Below are positions 28,629-38,852 of a stretch of DNA of 64,000 nt, piece by piece. Position numbers and translations under genes: made by a program. Each line of letters opens with the position of its first letter. Position 1 is the first letter of the stretch. The stretch is from the IMG/VR virus record IMGVR_UViG_3300028591_000016. One strand, 5' to 3'. The notes under the pieces were generated by a model that was not told the DNA's origin, made no database searches, and worked only from the letters and a program-made list of their open reading frames with translations. Source of the DNA: an uncultured virus (IMG/VR IMGVR_UViG_3300028591_000016). Lineage: Duplodnaviria > Heunggongvirae > Uroviricota > Caudoviricetes.

Positions 28629-30427
28629 GCCGCCATCTCCCTCATGGAGTCCTCGACCTCATCCTTGGATGCGTCCACGTCTGGGTCATCCCTTCTGGCA
28701 GTTCCTTTCTCGGGCGGACCTTCTGACCCGTCCCCGGGCATCCTTCCCATCGCCTCGGCCTGCTGCTGCATCATCATCTGCTGCATCTGCATCCTGCGGT
28801 CGACCTGCTGGACGGGCTCTCTGGAGTAGTAGAACTCTCCGTCCACATACTCCGCTTCATAACCGCCCTGGATCATCTTCAGCATCTCATCGATCTTGTC
28901 CATCCTCTTCTTGGCATCGGCCATCGCCTTGGTAGGCCTGTCAAGACGGAGATCCCAGTCAGTGATCTTCCCGGCCCACCATGACACGATCCAGTCACAT
29001 GCCCTGTCGATACAGGACATGGGGTGCATCAGATAACGGTCATAGACCGTGATCTGCTGACTCTCGTTGTTCATACCGCCCGAGGCCTCGACATCGCCTG
29101 CGAACAGGTTGGGTACTCCGATGTGCGCACAGAGCCTGTTACGGATATCGTCCTTGGATGCGAGCATATCCGATGTAGCATCGGACATCAGGTCGAGTAC
29201 CTGGGCGCGCATCTCTGCAACCCCTTGCAGTTGCGGAGGTGTGCATACAATCGGGATAGAATTGTCATTGGTCGCAAGGGTGTCCGTGATACCTCTTGCC
29301 ACCTCAATGGCGTCCTCATCATTGAATCCGGGAAGGATGACGATCTTACGGACATATCCGAACTTCCTCTTCTTCAGTTCCGACTTCTCGATGAAGTGCC
29401 AAGCCTGCAGGTCATCCTCTATGTCATACCATATCGGCATACCGTAGGTGAGTGCGGGTCTGAACCAATGGTCCTGATAGATCTCATGCTGCATGTAATA
29501 CCAGGACTGCCCGCTTGCACCGAGATTGTCTCCGACCTTATACGCTGCAGGGTATATCTCGATACCCTTCTCGGTCAGCTGGTTGATCTTGTCGATGTCG
29601 TCTGAAATGCTATACGGCGTATGCCTGTCTGCCAGAATGAATCCGTATTCACGACCGGGCGTACCCGAATCATCAAAGAGCTGCTGGACCTTGATGGGAT
29701 CCAGGGAGATGAACTCGACAGGGAACACCTCTTCCTCCTTCTTCCCCTCACCCAGGTCGATGGTGTGTATCTTTCCTGTCAACGGGTCGAAGATATCCCT
29801 CGCGATACAGAGCAGATACCCCTGATTGCAGAGATATTGCATCTCTGCATATGACCTTATGACCTCTTTCAGTGTCTGTCCGCTGTCATTCGCTTCATCA
29901 AGGAAGGATTTGCCATTCGGTCTCTTAAAATACTCCAGCTGGCTCTTATCCGGACGCCTTAACTCGGTCGACCCGCACTCTGGACATACACTTGTCATTG
30001 TACGCGTCTCATACCCGCATTTCGTGCATTTCTTAGCAAATTTCGGCTCGAATTTGAGGTCATAACGCAAAAGCTCAGTGACTGAACGGGAGATAAGTGT
30101 AGAAAGTATCGATACTTCCTGACGATACTGGTACATTCTTGCATACATGAACCACCAGTTATTCGTCTTGGTCACGCGGAAGTTTATATCGGTCGGTCTC
30201 TCCGTATTTCCTACCGCAAATCTGGAGGCGTGCGTCTGCGCATCCGCAGGGGGAATTTCCTCGGGATATGAATCGTAATATGTCCGCATAAGCGGGTCTA
30301 AACCTTTAGGAGTGGCTGAAAATACCTTTGCGGTTGTCTGAATCGGCCTCCCGATGAGGGGTGGAAGCGTTACTGATGGCATGTGATCACCGTTTATATA
30401 GTCCTGACTTTTTTTATATTTACTCAT
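28625..30427 (-). CDS. portal protein with Zn-ribbon insertion
   Basis: Follows TerL; YGMP, IRNRLCAHIGVPNLFAGDVEASGGMNNESQQITV; CTKC...CPEC insertion. Confidence 0.85.
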   Translation of the reverse strand: MSKYKKSQDYINGDHMPSVTLPPLIGRPIQTTAKVFSATPKGLDPLMRTYYDSYPEEIPPADAQTHASRFAVGNTERPTDINFRVTKTNNWWFMYARMYQYRQEVSILSTLISRSVTELLRYDLKFEPKFAKKCTKCGYETRTMTSVCPECGSTELRRPDKSQLEYFKRPNGKSFLDEANDSGQTLKEVIRSYAEMQYLCNQGYLLCIARDIFDPLTGKIHTIDLGEGKKEEEVFPVEFISLDPIKVQQLFDDSGTPGREYGFILADRHTPYSISDDIDKINQLTEKGIEIYPAAYKVGDNLGASGQSWYYMQHEIYQDHWFRPALTYGMPIWYDIEDDLQAWHFIEKSELKKRKFGYVRKIVILPGFNDEDAIEVARGITDTLATNDNSIPIVCTPPQLQGVAEMRAQVLDLMSDATSDMLASKDDIRNRLCAHIGVPNLFAGDVEASGGMNNESQQITVYDRYLMHPMSCIDRACDWIVSWWAGKITDWDLRLDRPTKAMADAKKRMDKIDEMLKMIQGGYEAEYVDGEFYYSREPVQQVDRRMQMQQMMMQQQAEAMGRMPGDGSEGPPEKGTARRDDPDVDASKDEVEDSMREMAA

Positions 30428-31838
30428 GGGTCGCAAATACCCTGCGACACCTGTACTCTGATGATACGCTTGTATCGATTGCTGCTACAAGCCTTCCTTT
30501 AGGTATCTCATCCATACCTTTAGCGACCGCGACACGGCCTTTGCCCGCCCTGAGGAACCGGTCCGTACCATAATGCAACGCATCCATCAGGTGGTCGTGC
30601 TCCTTCTCGGGCTTCCCTGTGAACTGTCCATCCTTATCGATTTCCCAGGAATATGAGGAGAATTCCATTATGTGATACTGGCACTTTGGATGAACGTGGA
30701 TATTGTAGGTCTGGATCCTCTGAATCGCATTCACAACCGAGTCCTTTCCCTTTAGGGCCGCCTCGAGATTGGGCAGCGCATACCTCTTGTAATTGCCGCC
30801 CTCATTCACGATCAATCCGTTCCTCAACTCGTAGATGGACTTGGGCTCTGCACAATCCGCAACGATACGGTCGAAGGCATACCCCATCTCCGTGATCTTC
30901 TTTGCTATATCTGCGTTGGTCATGCCCTTCTGATACATCTCATCTATGATCCACATCTCATGGTTCTTCACATCCACATATGCAACGGATAACGCATTAT
31001 ATGAGACGGAATACCCGAAATCCAGTCCCACTGCCTTCGCAATCCCCGGGCGATGAGCAATCTCTTCTGGATTGAAACTCTCTACCGTCCAATTCTCATA
31101 GATTTGACCCTGCGATGACCCCCATTCTCCATGTACGATGACCTCTGCCGCCTTGGGGTTGTATATCTCCAGATTGCGGTAATATTTTTTATCGTCATCC
31201 GTAAAAGCAGGGTTATCCAGATATGTCGTCGTAAACGCCAGCGTATCCTCCCTTTCCTGATCGAAGAACTGCTCCTTCAGCCAATGGAACTTATGCCAGG
31301 GGTTGAAAGAGAAGAAGAACTTCTTCTTCAGCCCGGTTTCAGGGGGAATTGCACGGATGGATGCCTGTACTTTGGTGATTGCGCCGAAATCGGTGATCTC
31401 AAAGGCCTCCTCGAACCACACCCAACAGAAATAACAGTTGGGAGGCGCACGCAAGGACGCCAATTTCAACGGATCATCCAATCCTCTGAATATAATAGTC
31501 TGCCCGGTCGGTTTATATGTGAACTGCATGGGCTGCATGGTGCAGTTCCACTTATCCAGCACCTCCAGGTCATATAACGCGTTCTTGATGTCCTGATAAC
31601 ATGACCCAGATATGGTATCGAAGATCTTCCTTATGACCACCGCAGAGGAGTGGGGTTGTTGCATGATATGCACAACAAGCCATAATGCCACAAAATAGGA
31701 TTTCCCGCTACCCTTCGATCCTTTGATGACAACATTCTCTTTATTCGTGTACCAAGGAAGAAGATATGCGTGTGATAGGGCAACCTTTGGGTCAAATATC
31801 TTCTTTCCGTCCTTGGTCACCACGAATTTAATTGCCAT
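30420..31838 (-). CDS. terL: terminase large subunit (PBSX-like)
   Basis: Walker A KGSKGSGKS, Walker B WVWFEEA, FNP, RNase H GLDFGY, ADCAEPKSI, HDHLMDALHY. Confidence 0.95.
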   Translation of the reverse strand: MAIKFVVTKDGKKIFDPKVALSHAYLLPWYTNKENVVIKGSKGSGKSYFVALWLVVHIMQQPHSSAVVIRKIFDTISGSCYQDIKNALYDLEVLDKWNCTMQPMQFTYKPTGQTIIFRGLDDPLKLASLRAPPNCYFCWVWFEEAFEITDFGAITKVQASIRAIPPETGLKKKFFFSFNPWHKFHWLKEQFFDQEREDTLAFTTTYLDNPAFTDDDKKYYRNLEIYNPKAAEVIVHGEWGSSQGQIYENWTVESFNPEEIAHRPGIAKAVGLDFGYSVSYNALSVAYVDVKNHEMWIIDEMYQKGMTNADIAKKITEMGYAFDRIVADCAEPKSIYELRNGLIVNEGGNYKRYALPNLEAALKGKDSVVNAIQRIQTYNIHVHPKCQYHIMEFSSYSWEIDKDGQFTGKPEKEHDHLMDALHYGTDRFLRAGKGRVAVAKGMDEIPKGRLVAAIDTSVSSEYRCRRVFATHE

Positions 31839-32274
31839 CTGTATCCTCACTCGGAAGAACCTCAAATTCCACATCGACTACGGAATCCTCTTCCTTGGCA
31901 TCATCTATCGCAATCGCGACCTCTGATGCGAGAGCCTGTTTTATGTCCTCGGGGAGGTCATCCATATTCGAATAGAACGTGGGAAGGTCCACCGTGATCT
32001 TCTGTTCTCTGACCGGCTCCATTCCGCCCATTTTGACCAACCATTCTGCGGACTTTACGTCTCCCCCGAGTGCCTGGTTTGCCATCCTGACTGCAATACC
32101 CGTCTGCACATCCAGATTCTTATCTCTGAGGGACATCATTGACATACGCCCATCAAGCTTAACAGGCACACCCTCGCCTATGGGGGAATTCATGACGATC
32201 GTGACTATCTCCTTCAGCGTATTCTCTCTTCTGACTTCCGGATCCTTTGAACTTGCAGCATCTGGCACATACAT
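31828..32274 (-). CDS. putative terminase small subunit
   Basis: Directly upstream of terL; NQALGGDVKSAEWLVKMGG helix motif. Confidence 0.65.
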   Translation of the reverse strand: MYVPDAASSKDPEVRRENTLKEIVTIVMNSPIGEGVPVKLDGRMSMMSLRDKNLDVQTGIAVRMANQALGGDVKSAEWLVKMGGMEPVREQKITVDLPTFYSNMDDLPEDIKQALASEVAIAIDDAKEEDSVVDVEFEVLPSEDTDGN

Positions 32275-32278
32275 GGAA

Positions 32279-32761
32279 TCACCTCTTCAGAACGCCATCC
32301 TCAACCATTCTTCCAAGCGGCGTGGTCTCCCCGCACCTCTTACAGTACATAGGCAGTGTAGCAAGTGTTGTCATGAATGTGGTATGGCAATGAGGGCATG
32401 TCCAGCCCTGCGAATCCTCATCCACACAATCCGAACCGTTATGCCCAACGCCATATGTGTTGTAATAAAGAACAGGCAGAGAGTTCATCTCGGCGAGCGA
32501 GAACTCAAAATATGTGCCATCCACATTGCGTCTGGCCCTTTGTCTTTCACGCCACTCTTCCTCTACATCATTCTTCTCCATCCTGCGGATGAGAGCCGAT
32601 TCCCTGAACATTCTGCCCATACGCGCCTTGTTCACAGCCTCGGCATCCACCGATCTGAGAAGCATCTGCGGCTCAATGATACGTGCATTGGTGAAGAGGT
32701 CACGCTTAACGGCCTTATCCAGGTCCTGCCTGAAGGAATCACGGTAATAGTTTCTTCCCAT
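32279..32761 (-). CDS. Zn-ribbon protein
   Basis: CPHC...CKRC; own TATA-like promoter. Confidence 0.7.
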   Translation of the reverse strand: MGRNYYRDSFRQDLDKAVKRDLFTNARIIEPQMLLRSVDAEAVNKARMGRMFRESALIRRMEKNDVEEEWRERQRARRNVDGTYFEFSLAEMNSLPVLYYNTYGVGHNGSDCVDEDSQGWTCPHCHTTFMTTLATLPMYCKRCGETTPLGRMVEDGVLKR

Positions 32762-32793
32762 ACCCCTATATAAAGGATATGGGATTAAAATGT

Positions 32794-35700
32794 TTAGGCT
32801 TGCCTATCCTCTATTTTCTTATCGATATCCCACTCACTCTCATCGAAATCAGCAGATCTGTAGAAATAACCTACACGCTCCCTTAATGTACGCTTTGGAC
32901 CCATTACCTCTGCATCCTTACGTTTTTGCCGCCTGACATGCTGCGACAAGAGGGTCTTTGGTAGACCTGTTGCCTCATCTATCACGGGCTCTCCTGTTTT
33001 ATCATCCAATAACGGTACACGAATGACGGGCCAACCGTATTTATTCGGTACAACAGGTAATGTAGACGTGTCTATATCATGCGTTATTGGTGACCCTGTG
33101 GTTTCATCCAGGGTCGGTTTTCCTGTGGTTTCGTCCAAAATCGGGATGCGTATCTGATGGTTGGGCACCCCTACCCCTCCGCTCGCCTCATACATCTCGG
33201 CAAGCTTGGCTGCATACTCCTCTATGTCTTCCATAGAAGATTGTTCATCAATTCTCATCCCAGGAATTATGGGCAATCCCTTTGCTCTTCCATTATTGAT
33301 TATCAATTTTACTGCATCCGCTATCTGTTTTTTGTTTAACCATGAGAGATCATAATCTCCGGAGGTTTCCTTCATGTTAAGCGTGGGCATGCTCATCAGA
33401 ACATCAGGCGTAGACTCCATCCTCACCTCTCCAGCATCATCACGAATGGGATTGCCCTCCTCATCTACCATGGGCTTGAAGGTAGTCATCGAGTCTGATA
33501 ATCCTTGCTTCCTTGCAATCATATCTGCAAGCTTGGTTGCGACAGCATCTATCTCCTCCTGCGTGGAGCTGGGGTTTAATCCAAATAGTACATCCTCACG
33601 AGTATCTCCTGCTCTAGGAGTGATTGCCTGCTCCTCTATAGGCTTACCCTCATTCCTCTTTGCATTCTTTTCACTAAGCTTTCTCCGCTTCGTATATCTC
33701 ATTGTTCTTCTGCTGTTATCCGCCTTAAATTCAGGGCTGGATATGATTCTTGATAGGATGTGTGCAATCTGATCCTTATCCAATCTAGTTATATCATACT
33801 TATCTATCCCTTTCCCTCCTTCATTGGTAGGTAATGGGATAAGCCCACTGCCATCCGGGAAGAACGCATCTGCAATAGCAGTTGCCTCAGCCGCTTTTGC
33901 ACCCTCCTCCGATACTTTTTTACGACGGAGATATGCATCCGTGCTGGTATTGATTCTCCAATCATTGAGTAGGTCTGCAAGCTTATCAATGGTCAACCCT
34001 TCATCAAATAATGCAAGTTTATCCGCTCTTCTCTTATCCTTGAGCGGCTTATCGACTGCTTTCTGAGAAAATCCTTCTTTTTCACCGGCAAGAGGCACAT
34101 GCAGAGGAGGTATTTTCACATCGAAATTTGTATCAAGACTGTCAATATCCACTGGGCCCCAGCCTTTCATCTTTTTCTTATTGTGTAGGCGAACCATCTC
34201 CATTGCTCTGCCCATGGCTGAAAATTCTCTCCACTTACGGGAGTCTGTACCGAACTCATTACGAAGCTTCTCATAGAATTCCGGAAGCTTACCCTGCTTC
34301 TGCGCATCTATCGACTCGTAATACAGGCCAATATAGTTCTTAAGGAGGTCTCCTGCATTTGCAATCATGTCTCCTTGGTCTTCCCCATTGTTTGCCCACT
34401 CTTTCGGTAAGGCCTTCCAATCATACGCATAATGGGCTCTGTCCTCTGCCGCCTTCTCGTCTCTCTCCCACTGCGCCTCTTCCTGTGCCACTCTATCCGA
34501 AAGAGATAACCTGTCTTTCTCCGGTATAGGCATACCTAGGACATTTCTTGCGAAATTGAGCTCCTTATCATCAACAGGCCTATAATAAGGGAACTGAGAA
34601 TAGATGATATCCTCTGCATTGGATCCAAGAGTGCCCAACAGATCATCTGTCGCATCATCGGTATAGAGGTCCTCATCCATCAGGTTATATGGCTCGAGTG
34701 CTAGCCTATCCTCACCTGAATTGTATCTTAGCCACTTGCTTCCTATCTCCCTGTTTAATTCAGGCCATTTCCGAAGATACCTATCCACCAACAGCTTAGT
34801 ATCATCATCCATGTCCGCATTTGCCCCGTTTTCAGCACCCCTCATCAGCTTATCCTTTGCAAGGGCCAATATCAGGTTCTTACGAACATTCTCGGGATCG
34901 AAATCTGCAAGGAGGTTGTTATATCTCTCTTTTTCAACGAGATAATGGTCATTCTCCTCCCTGTTCTCATTATCCGTATCCATCTTTTTATCAATCACAT
35001 CACTCTTTTCGGTAACATTGTCCTCATCTACCTCTGAATTATTCTGATCAAGAGATACTGCAGAGTCCCCATATGTCAATTTGGGCTCATATTTCTTATT
35101 ATCCCCCTTTAAATCATCAATCTCATCCTCTAAATCCTTAATCTGACGCGAATAGTCCATAAAGTCTTCTTGATCCACGTCCCTACGATTACGTAGATAT
35201 TTCAATTCGCTTATCTTTCTCTTCTTTTCAGCGATAGCCGCCTCATTTGCAAGAATCTTCTCTGTATACTGTATGTTGTTTGCATAGGTCTGGGGACGTG
35301 TCATCGAGCTCTCGTCCCCATCCAAAAATCTGAAGATATCATACTTATTTGTCTTTAGATCATCAACTGTCTTGTCTTCAAAGTTCTTTAACCCGATTTC
35401 ACGGTATGAGTCGTCTCCCAGGTACCTCTCAACAAAATCCTTCATCTGCTGGGCCCTGCTTTTCTGCATCTCTCTTGGCTTCCCAAGCAGTATTGGATTC
35501 GAACCGTCAGAGGCCAGGGTTTGCGCAAAGCTCCTCGCAAGAGCCTCCATTTTATCAATGTTGACCCCTGTTGAGTCGAGATCCCCATCCCTCATTGCTG
35601 TGATTATATCATCAAATTTTGCCAAAAGCGCTGCATTGGCCATGTTTTTCTTTATGCTATCCTCGGTTGCATCCATCTTTTTTGAACCGCGATACCTTTG

Positions 35701-37899
35701 GAAAACGTCGAGCAAATACTCCGGAGGGTATTCTGATAGGAGATGGCCCTCTCTGAGGAAGCCCATCGTCCTCAATAAGTCAGCATCCGCATCGGTTATT
35801 GTCTCGGTGTCCTTCAAACGTTTCAGCATGTCCTGGACATCATCGTTCATCCAGCTCCACTGGCCTTTTTTCCTGTCTATCGCATTGATGTCTTCCGTAT
35901 CCCACTCCGAAAAATTCTCTTTATTATACTTCTTCCCCCAGATATCCTTAATCACCTCTTCTCCATTCTCATCAACATCCTTTATGTGATACCTTGCATT
36001 ATCTGTGGGGGCGCGATGAATCGCATAGAGCATCATATCCCACAAAGAAGGGGTCCTTCCTGCATACTTCTTGTTAACAGTGTTGTACCCACTTACGATA
36101 TCATCTAACTCTCCAGTCAAACTATTCACAAGGTTCCTCAGATACAGTCCTTTTTGCGACTTGGGGAGATTTTCAACATCCTCTTCTGATGCCAATCCGT
36201 ATTTCCTTGCTAAATCGGCACGCGGCATGAAGTAGTCCACAATCGAATTATCATCGCCTTTATCCAATTGAAGGATCTTCATATACATCTTTGCGGCTTC
36301 ACTTGAGCCTAATATCTGGGATAGGATTACCTCTGGGGACAGGGAAAGTCCTGTCTTCTTCAAAAATGCGTTGTCCTTATCATCAATGGCAAGCGCACCC
36401 GCACCCATACTTTGCTCAATAGCGTCTGCAATACGACTGAGCCTGTTTCCATATGCCGAAAGAATAGGCGAATTTCCCTGCTCTCCCTTCGCGGTATAAT
36501 ATGCTGCTTTATCCCTTATCGCGTTCAGATATGCATTGTTCTGTATCGACAGGATCTTCTCGGCCTCTTCTGGGGGCAATCCTCCTACCCCAGACGCGCC
36601 CTGGGCACCGCCAATAGGGGTGACCAGCCTTCTTATCTTATTGTAATTGGATGCTGCACGTCCCAGGTCTTTTACAGACACAGGGGCAGTTCCCTCGGAC
36701 CCCATCAGATCTGAGGTGACGAGTCTTTTTATCGATGTACCCAGACTCAAGTCCCCCATCGAACCTGTGAGTGCAGCCGTAAGAACGGCCTCAAGGTCCG
36801 TCGGGTTGGTAATGGTCTCCATCGCCGAGGTTACCGGTGCATATTTGAACAGGGTCTCTATCGCCCGTTGCTCCTTACGGTTTTTCTCGGCCTCCCCTTT
36901 TGCAAATGCCTTCTTCCCTGCTTTTGTGTGCAATTTCAATTTTTTTAAGAATCTTTCCGCAGAGATGTTGCCCTTCATTGCTTCATTCTGCATCTGCATG
37001 ATCAATAATGCACGGGTCAATGGCACACGGAATTGCTTTGCCCTCTCTGCAGGATCATAACCATGCGCCTTCATTGCAGCATTGAACCAATTTGTAAAGA
37101 TCTGCCTTCCATCCGCATTGTATGTATATTTCGGTGCCTCCCCCTCTTTGGTCGTCTCATATGGCACCCTGTATTGGATATTTCCTTCTGGGTCTTTCAC
37201 TTCTGTGGCCAACTGCAACGCAGCTGGGTATTCGGGGAGAAGGCTCCAATCCGCACCCTTCACCTCTGCATTATCCGCCAAGCCCATTGCGGCAAGCAAT
37301 GCAAGTGAAAAGGACCTCTGATACCCCTCCGAATAATTGGCTCCGTCCTCATACTTTTGAAGATTCTTCACTACATTTGGGATATAAGGAAGGGGTACAC
37401 CATATGACCTGGAATTCACACCGGGACCGCGGGGATCATAACTCGATCCGATCCCCGTATTGCTCGGACCCCATCCCGCATCAAAGTCAGTCCTTCTCAC
37501 TTCCGGAACAATCGCAGAATCCCTCTCGTTGAGCAGGTCATCCATCCCTACCTGATCCATATACCTGTTCAATGTGGAATAGTTAGACCTTCCGCCCAGG
37601 CCCAGATTGATGCCTTCCCCCGAATCGGGATCATAGCCTTCCCCGACCAGCTCCGGGAAAGTGTCCTCCTCACCTTCCTCCGGATCTGCATCATAATCTA
37701 CAAAAGACAGTCTTCCTACAGGCTCTCCCTTCGCAGCCTTCTCATCACGAGCCTTCCATTCCGCCATATGGCTCTTGATTTCCTCTTGTTTCCTATCCAG
37801 CTCCTGGATTTCGGCTGCCTTCTTTGCATTATGCATGGTCAGGTCGTCGGCACCTTTCGCCTTCTTCTTTCTGATAAAAGGCTCATATTGTATAGTCAT
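32794..37899 (-). CDS. giant putative internal virion or ejection protein (1701 aa)
   Basis: True start MTIQYEPF ~25 nt after TTTTTATA box; the track's longer start overlaps another gene; no recognisable domain. Confidence 0.75.
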   Translation of the reverse strand: MTIQYEPFIRKKKAKGADDLTMHNAKKAAEIQELDRKQEEIKSHMAEWKARDEKAAKGEPVGRLSFVDYDADPEEGEEDTFPELVGEGYDPDSGEGINLGLGGRSNYSTLNRYMDQVGMDDLLNERDSAIVPEVRRTDFDAGWGPSNTGIGSSYDPRGPGVNSRSYGVPLPYIPNVVKNLQKYEDGANYSEGYQRSFSLALLAAMGLADNAEVKGADWSLLPEYPAALQLATEVKDPEGNIQYRVPYETTKEGEAPKYTYNADGRQIFTNWFNAAMKAHGYDPAERAKQFRVPLTRALLIMQMQNEAMKGNISAERFLKKLKLHTKAGKKAFAKGEAEKNRKEQRAIETLFKYAPVTSAMETITNPTDLEAVLTAALTGSMGDLSLGTSIKRLVTSDLMGSEGTAPVSVKDLGRAASNYNKIRRLVTPIGGAQGASGVGGLPPEEAEKILSIQNNAYLNAIRDKAAYYTAKGEQGNSPILSAYGNRLSRIADAIEQSMGAGALAIDDKDNAFLKKTGLSLSPEVILSQILGSSEAAKMYMKILQLDKGDDNSIVDYFMPRADLARKYGLASEEDVENLPKSQKGLYLRNLVNSLTGELDDIVSGYNTVNKKYAGRTPSLWDMMLYAIHRAPTDNARYHIKDVDENGEEVIKDIWGKKYNKENFSEWDTEDINAIDRKKGQWSWMNDDVQDMLKRLKDTETITDADADLLRTMGFLREGHLLSEYPPEYLLDVFQRYRGSKKMDATEDSIKKNMANAALLAKFDDIITAMRDGDLDSTGVNIDKMEALARSFAQTLASDGSNPILLGKPREMQKSRAQQMKDFVERYLGDDSYREIGLKNFEDKTVDDLKTNKYDIFRFLDGDESSMTRPQTYANNIQYTEKILANEAAIAEKKRKISELKYLRNRRDVDQEDFMDYSRQIKDLEDEIDDLKGDNKKYEPKLTYGDSAVSLDQNNSEVDEDNVTEKSDVIDKKMDTDNENREENDHYLVEKERYNNLLADFDPENVRKNLILALAKDKLMRGAENGANADMDDDTKLLVDRYLRKWPELNREIGSKWLRYNSGEDRLALEPYNLMDEDLYTDDATDDLLGTLGSNAEDIIYSQFPYYRPVDDKELNFARNVLGMPIPEKDRLSLSDRVAQEEAQWERDEKAAEDRAHYAYDWKALPKEWANNGEDQGDMIANAGDLLKNYIGLYYESIDAQKQGKLPEFYEKLRNEFGTDSRKWREFSAMGRAMEMVRLHNKKKMKGWGPVDIDSLDTNFDVKIPPLHVPLAGEKEGFSQKAVDKPLKDKRRADKLALFDEGLTIDKLADLLNDWRINTSTDAYLRRKKVSEEGAKAAEATAIADAFFPDGSGLIPLPTNEGGKGIDKYDITRLDKDQIAHILSRIISSPEFKADNSRRTMRYTKRRKLSEKNAKRNEGKPIEEQAITPRAGDTREDVLFGLNPSSTQEEIDAVATKLADMIARKQGLSDSMTTFKPMVDEEGNPIRDDAGEVRMESTPDVLMSMPTLNMKETSGDYDLSWLNKKQIADAVKLIINNGRAKGLPIIPGMRIDEQSSMEDIEEYAAKLAEMYEASGGVGVPNHQIRIPILDETTGKPTLDETTGSPITHDIDTSTLPVVPNKYGWPVIRVPLLDDKTGEPVIDEATGLPKTLLSQHVRRQKRKDAEVMGPKRTLRERVGYFYRSADFDESEWDIDKKIEDRQA

Positions 37900-37937
37900 G
37901 CGTGACTTATCTACATAAAAATATAAAAAGAAAGAGC

Positions 37938-37949
37938 GGGCCGAAGCCC
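37938..37949 (-). terminator. UUCG hairpin with U-tract
   Basis: Minus strand GGGC-TTCG-GCCC then GCTCTTTCTTTTT. Confidence 0.6.
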
Positions 37950-37957
37950 TAAAGGGT

Positions 37958-38191
37958 TTAGAGGATCGCCTGAAGCTGGTTGATCTTGTTCTCGATGACA
38001 CAGCGGACATCGCCGAACTCGACAGGGACCTTGACACCGGCCTCGATGTAGGCATCGGCGACCTCGTCCACGTCGCGGGGCTCGATAGAACCGTCGTCCA
38101 TGAACTGAACGTACTGGTCCTTCCACAGTCCGAAGGGCTGGGTGTCGTCAGCATCGATCTGAATGGTCACAGACCTGGGCTGCATATTCAA
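37958..38191 (-). CDS. hypothetical protein (75-77 aa)
   Basis: GGAGG RBS; coupled to the membrane protein gene. Confidence 0.7.
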   Translation of the reverse strand: MNMQPRSVTIQIDADDTQPFGLWKDQYVQFMDDGSIEPRDVDEVADAYIEAGVKVPVEFGDVRCVIENKINQLQAIL

Positions 38192-38817
38192 GCCTCCTTC
38201 GGGGGCTCTTCCGCCTTCTTGGCTGCCGCAATCTCCTTCACGGCTGCGGCATACTCTTCCGGGGTCATTCCCAGCTCCTCTGCGGCCTTCATGATGCCAT
38301 CGATGGCATTCTCGGCCTCCCTGACCTTCTGCTCGACGAACTTGCCGAGAGCAGTGATTCCCTCAGAGAAAAGGATGGTGAAGACCATACCGAGCCCAAG
38401 TGCTGCAAGTGCGCCGAAGACGCAGTAGTCGTAGACGGTGGGCTCGACGACCTTGAAGTATCCTACCAGGAGGGAGGATGCGAAATATGCCAGGATGCCG
38501 GTGAGCACCATAGCAAGGGCGACTCCGCCGATGAACTTGAGCTTCATCGGGTTGAGCTTCCTGTTCAGCTGCTCAGCGTCATTGTGCTCAACGTACCTCC
38601 AGAGGAAGACGAAGAAGCACACGATCACTGCGGCGACCGCACAGGTTACGATGTCGGAAACGACGAATTCTGTGGGTACTGTAGATACCATGATAAATAC
38701 CTCTCCTGACATCACGCAAGGCACCAGCACAGGCACGAGGATATACCTGCAGCTCCAGAGAACCGCGAGGGTATATCCCCATCTCCTGATTGTGCTAGCA
38801 TTCTCACGCTTTGCCAT
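38188..38817 (-). CDS. 3-TM holin-like membrane protein; two possible starts (38817 and 38691)
   Basis: Three hydrophobic helices, charged C-terminus; internal GGAGAGG RBS before Met43. Confidence 0.6.
   Translation of the reverse strand: MAKRENASTIRRWGYTLAVLWSCRYILVPVLVPCVMSGEVFIMVSTVPTEFVVSDIVTCAVAAVIVCFFVFLWRYVEHNDAEQLNRKLNPMKLKFIGGVALAMVLTGILAYFASSLLVGYFKVVEPTVYDYCVFGALAALGLGMVFTILFSEGITALGKFVEQKVREAENAIDGIMKAAEELGMTPEEYAAAVKEIAAAKKAEEPPKEA
38707..38816 (-). ncRNA. 110-nt rod-like structured RNA leader
   Basis: Nested helices with many G-U pairs on the minus strand (see findings). Confidence 0.6.
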
Positions 38818-38852
38818 ACTCCTTCTAACAGAGTGTGGTTATTTAAATCAAA

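Noticed and set aside
37900..38154. N-terminal 85 aa of the 1786-aa track ORF
   Set aside because: Overlaps the 37958-38191 gene, its terminator and a TATA box; true start is 37899
38707..38816. SRP RNA or tRNA(Pyl) identity for the RNA rod
   Set aside because: No SRP domain IV GGAA-loop motif and no cloverleaf or CUA anticodon arm; no tRNA gene was recognised anywhere in the window
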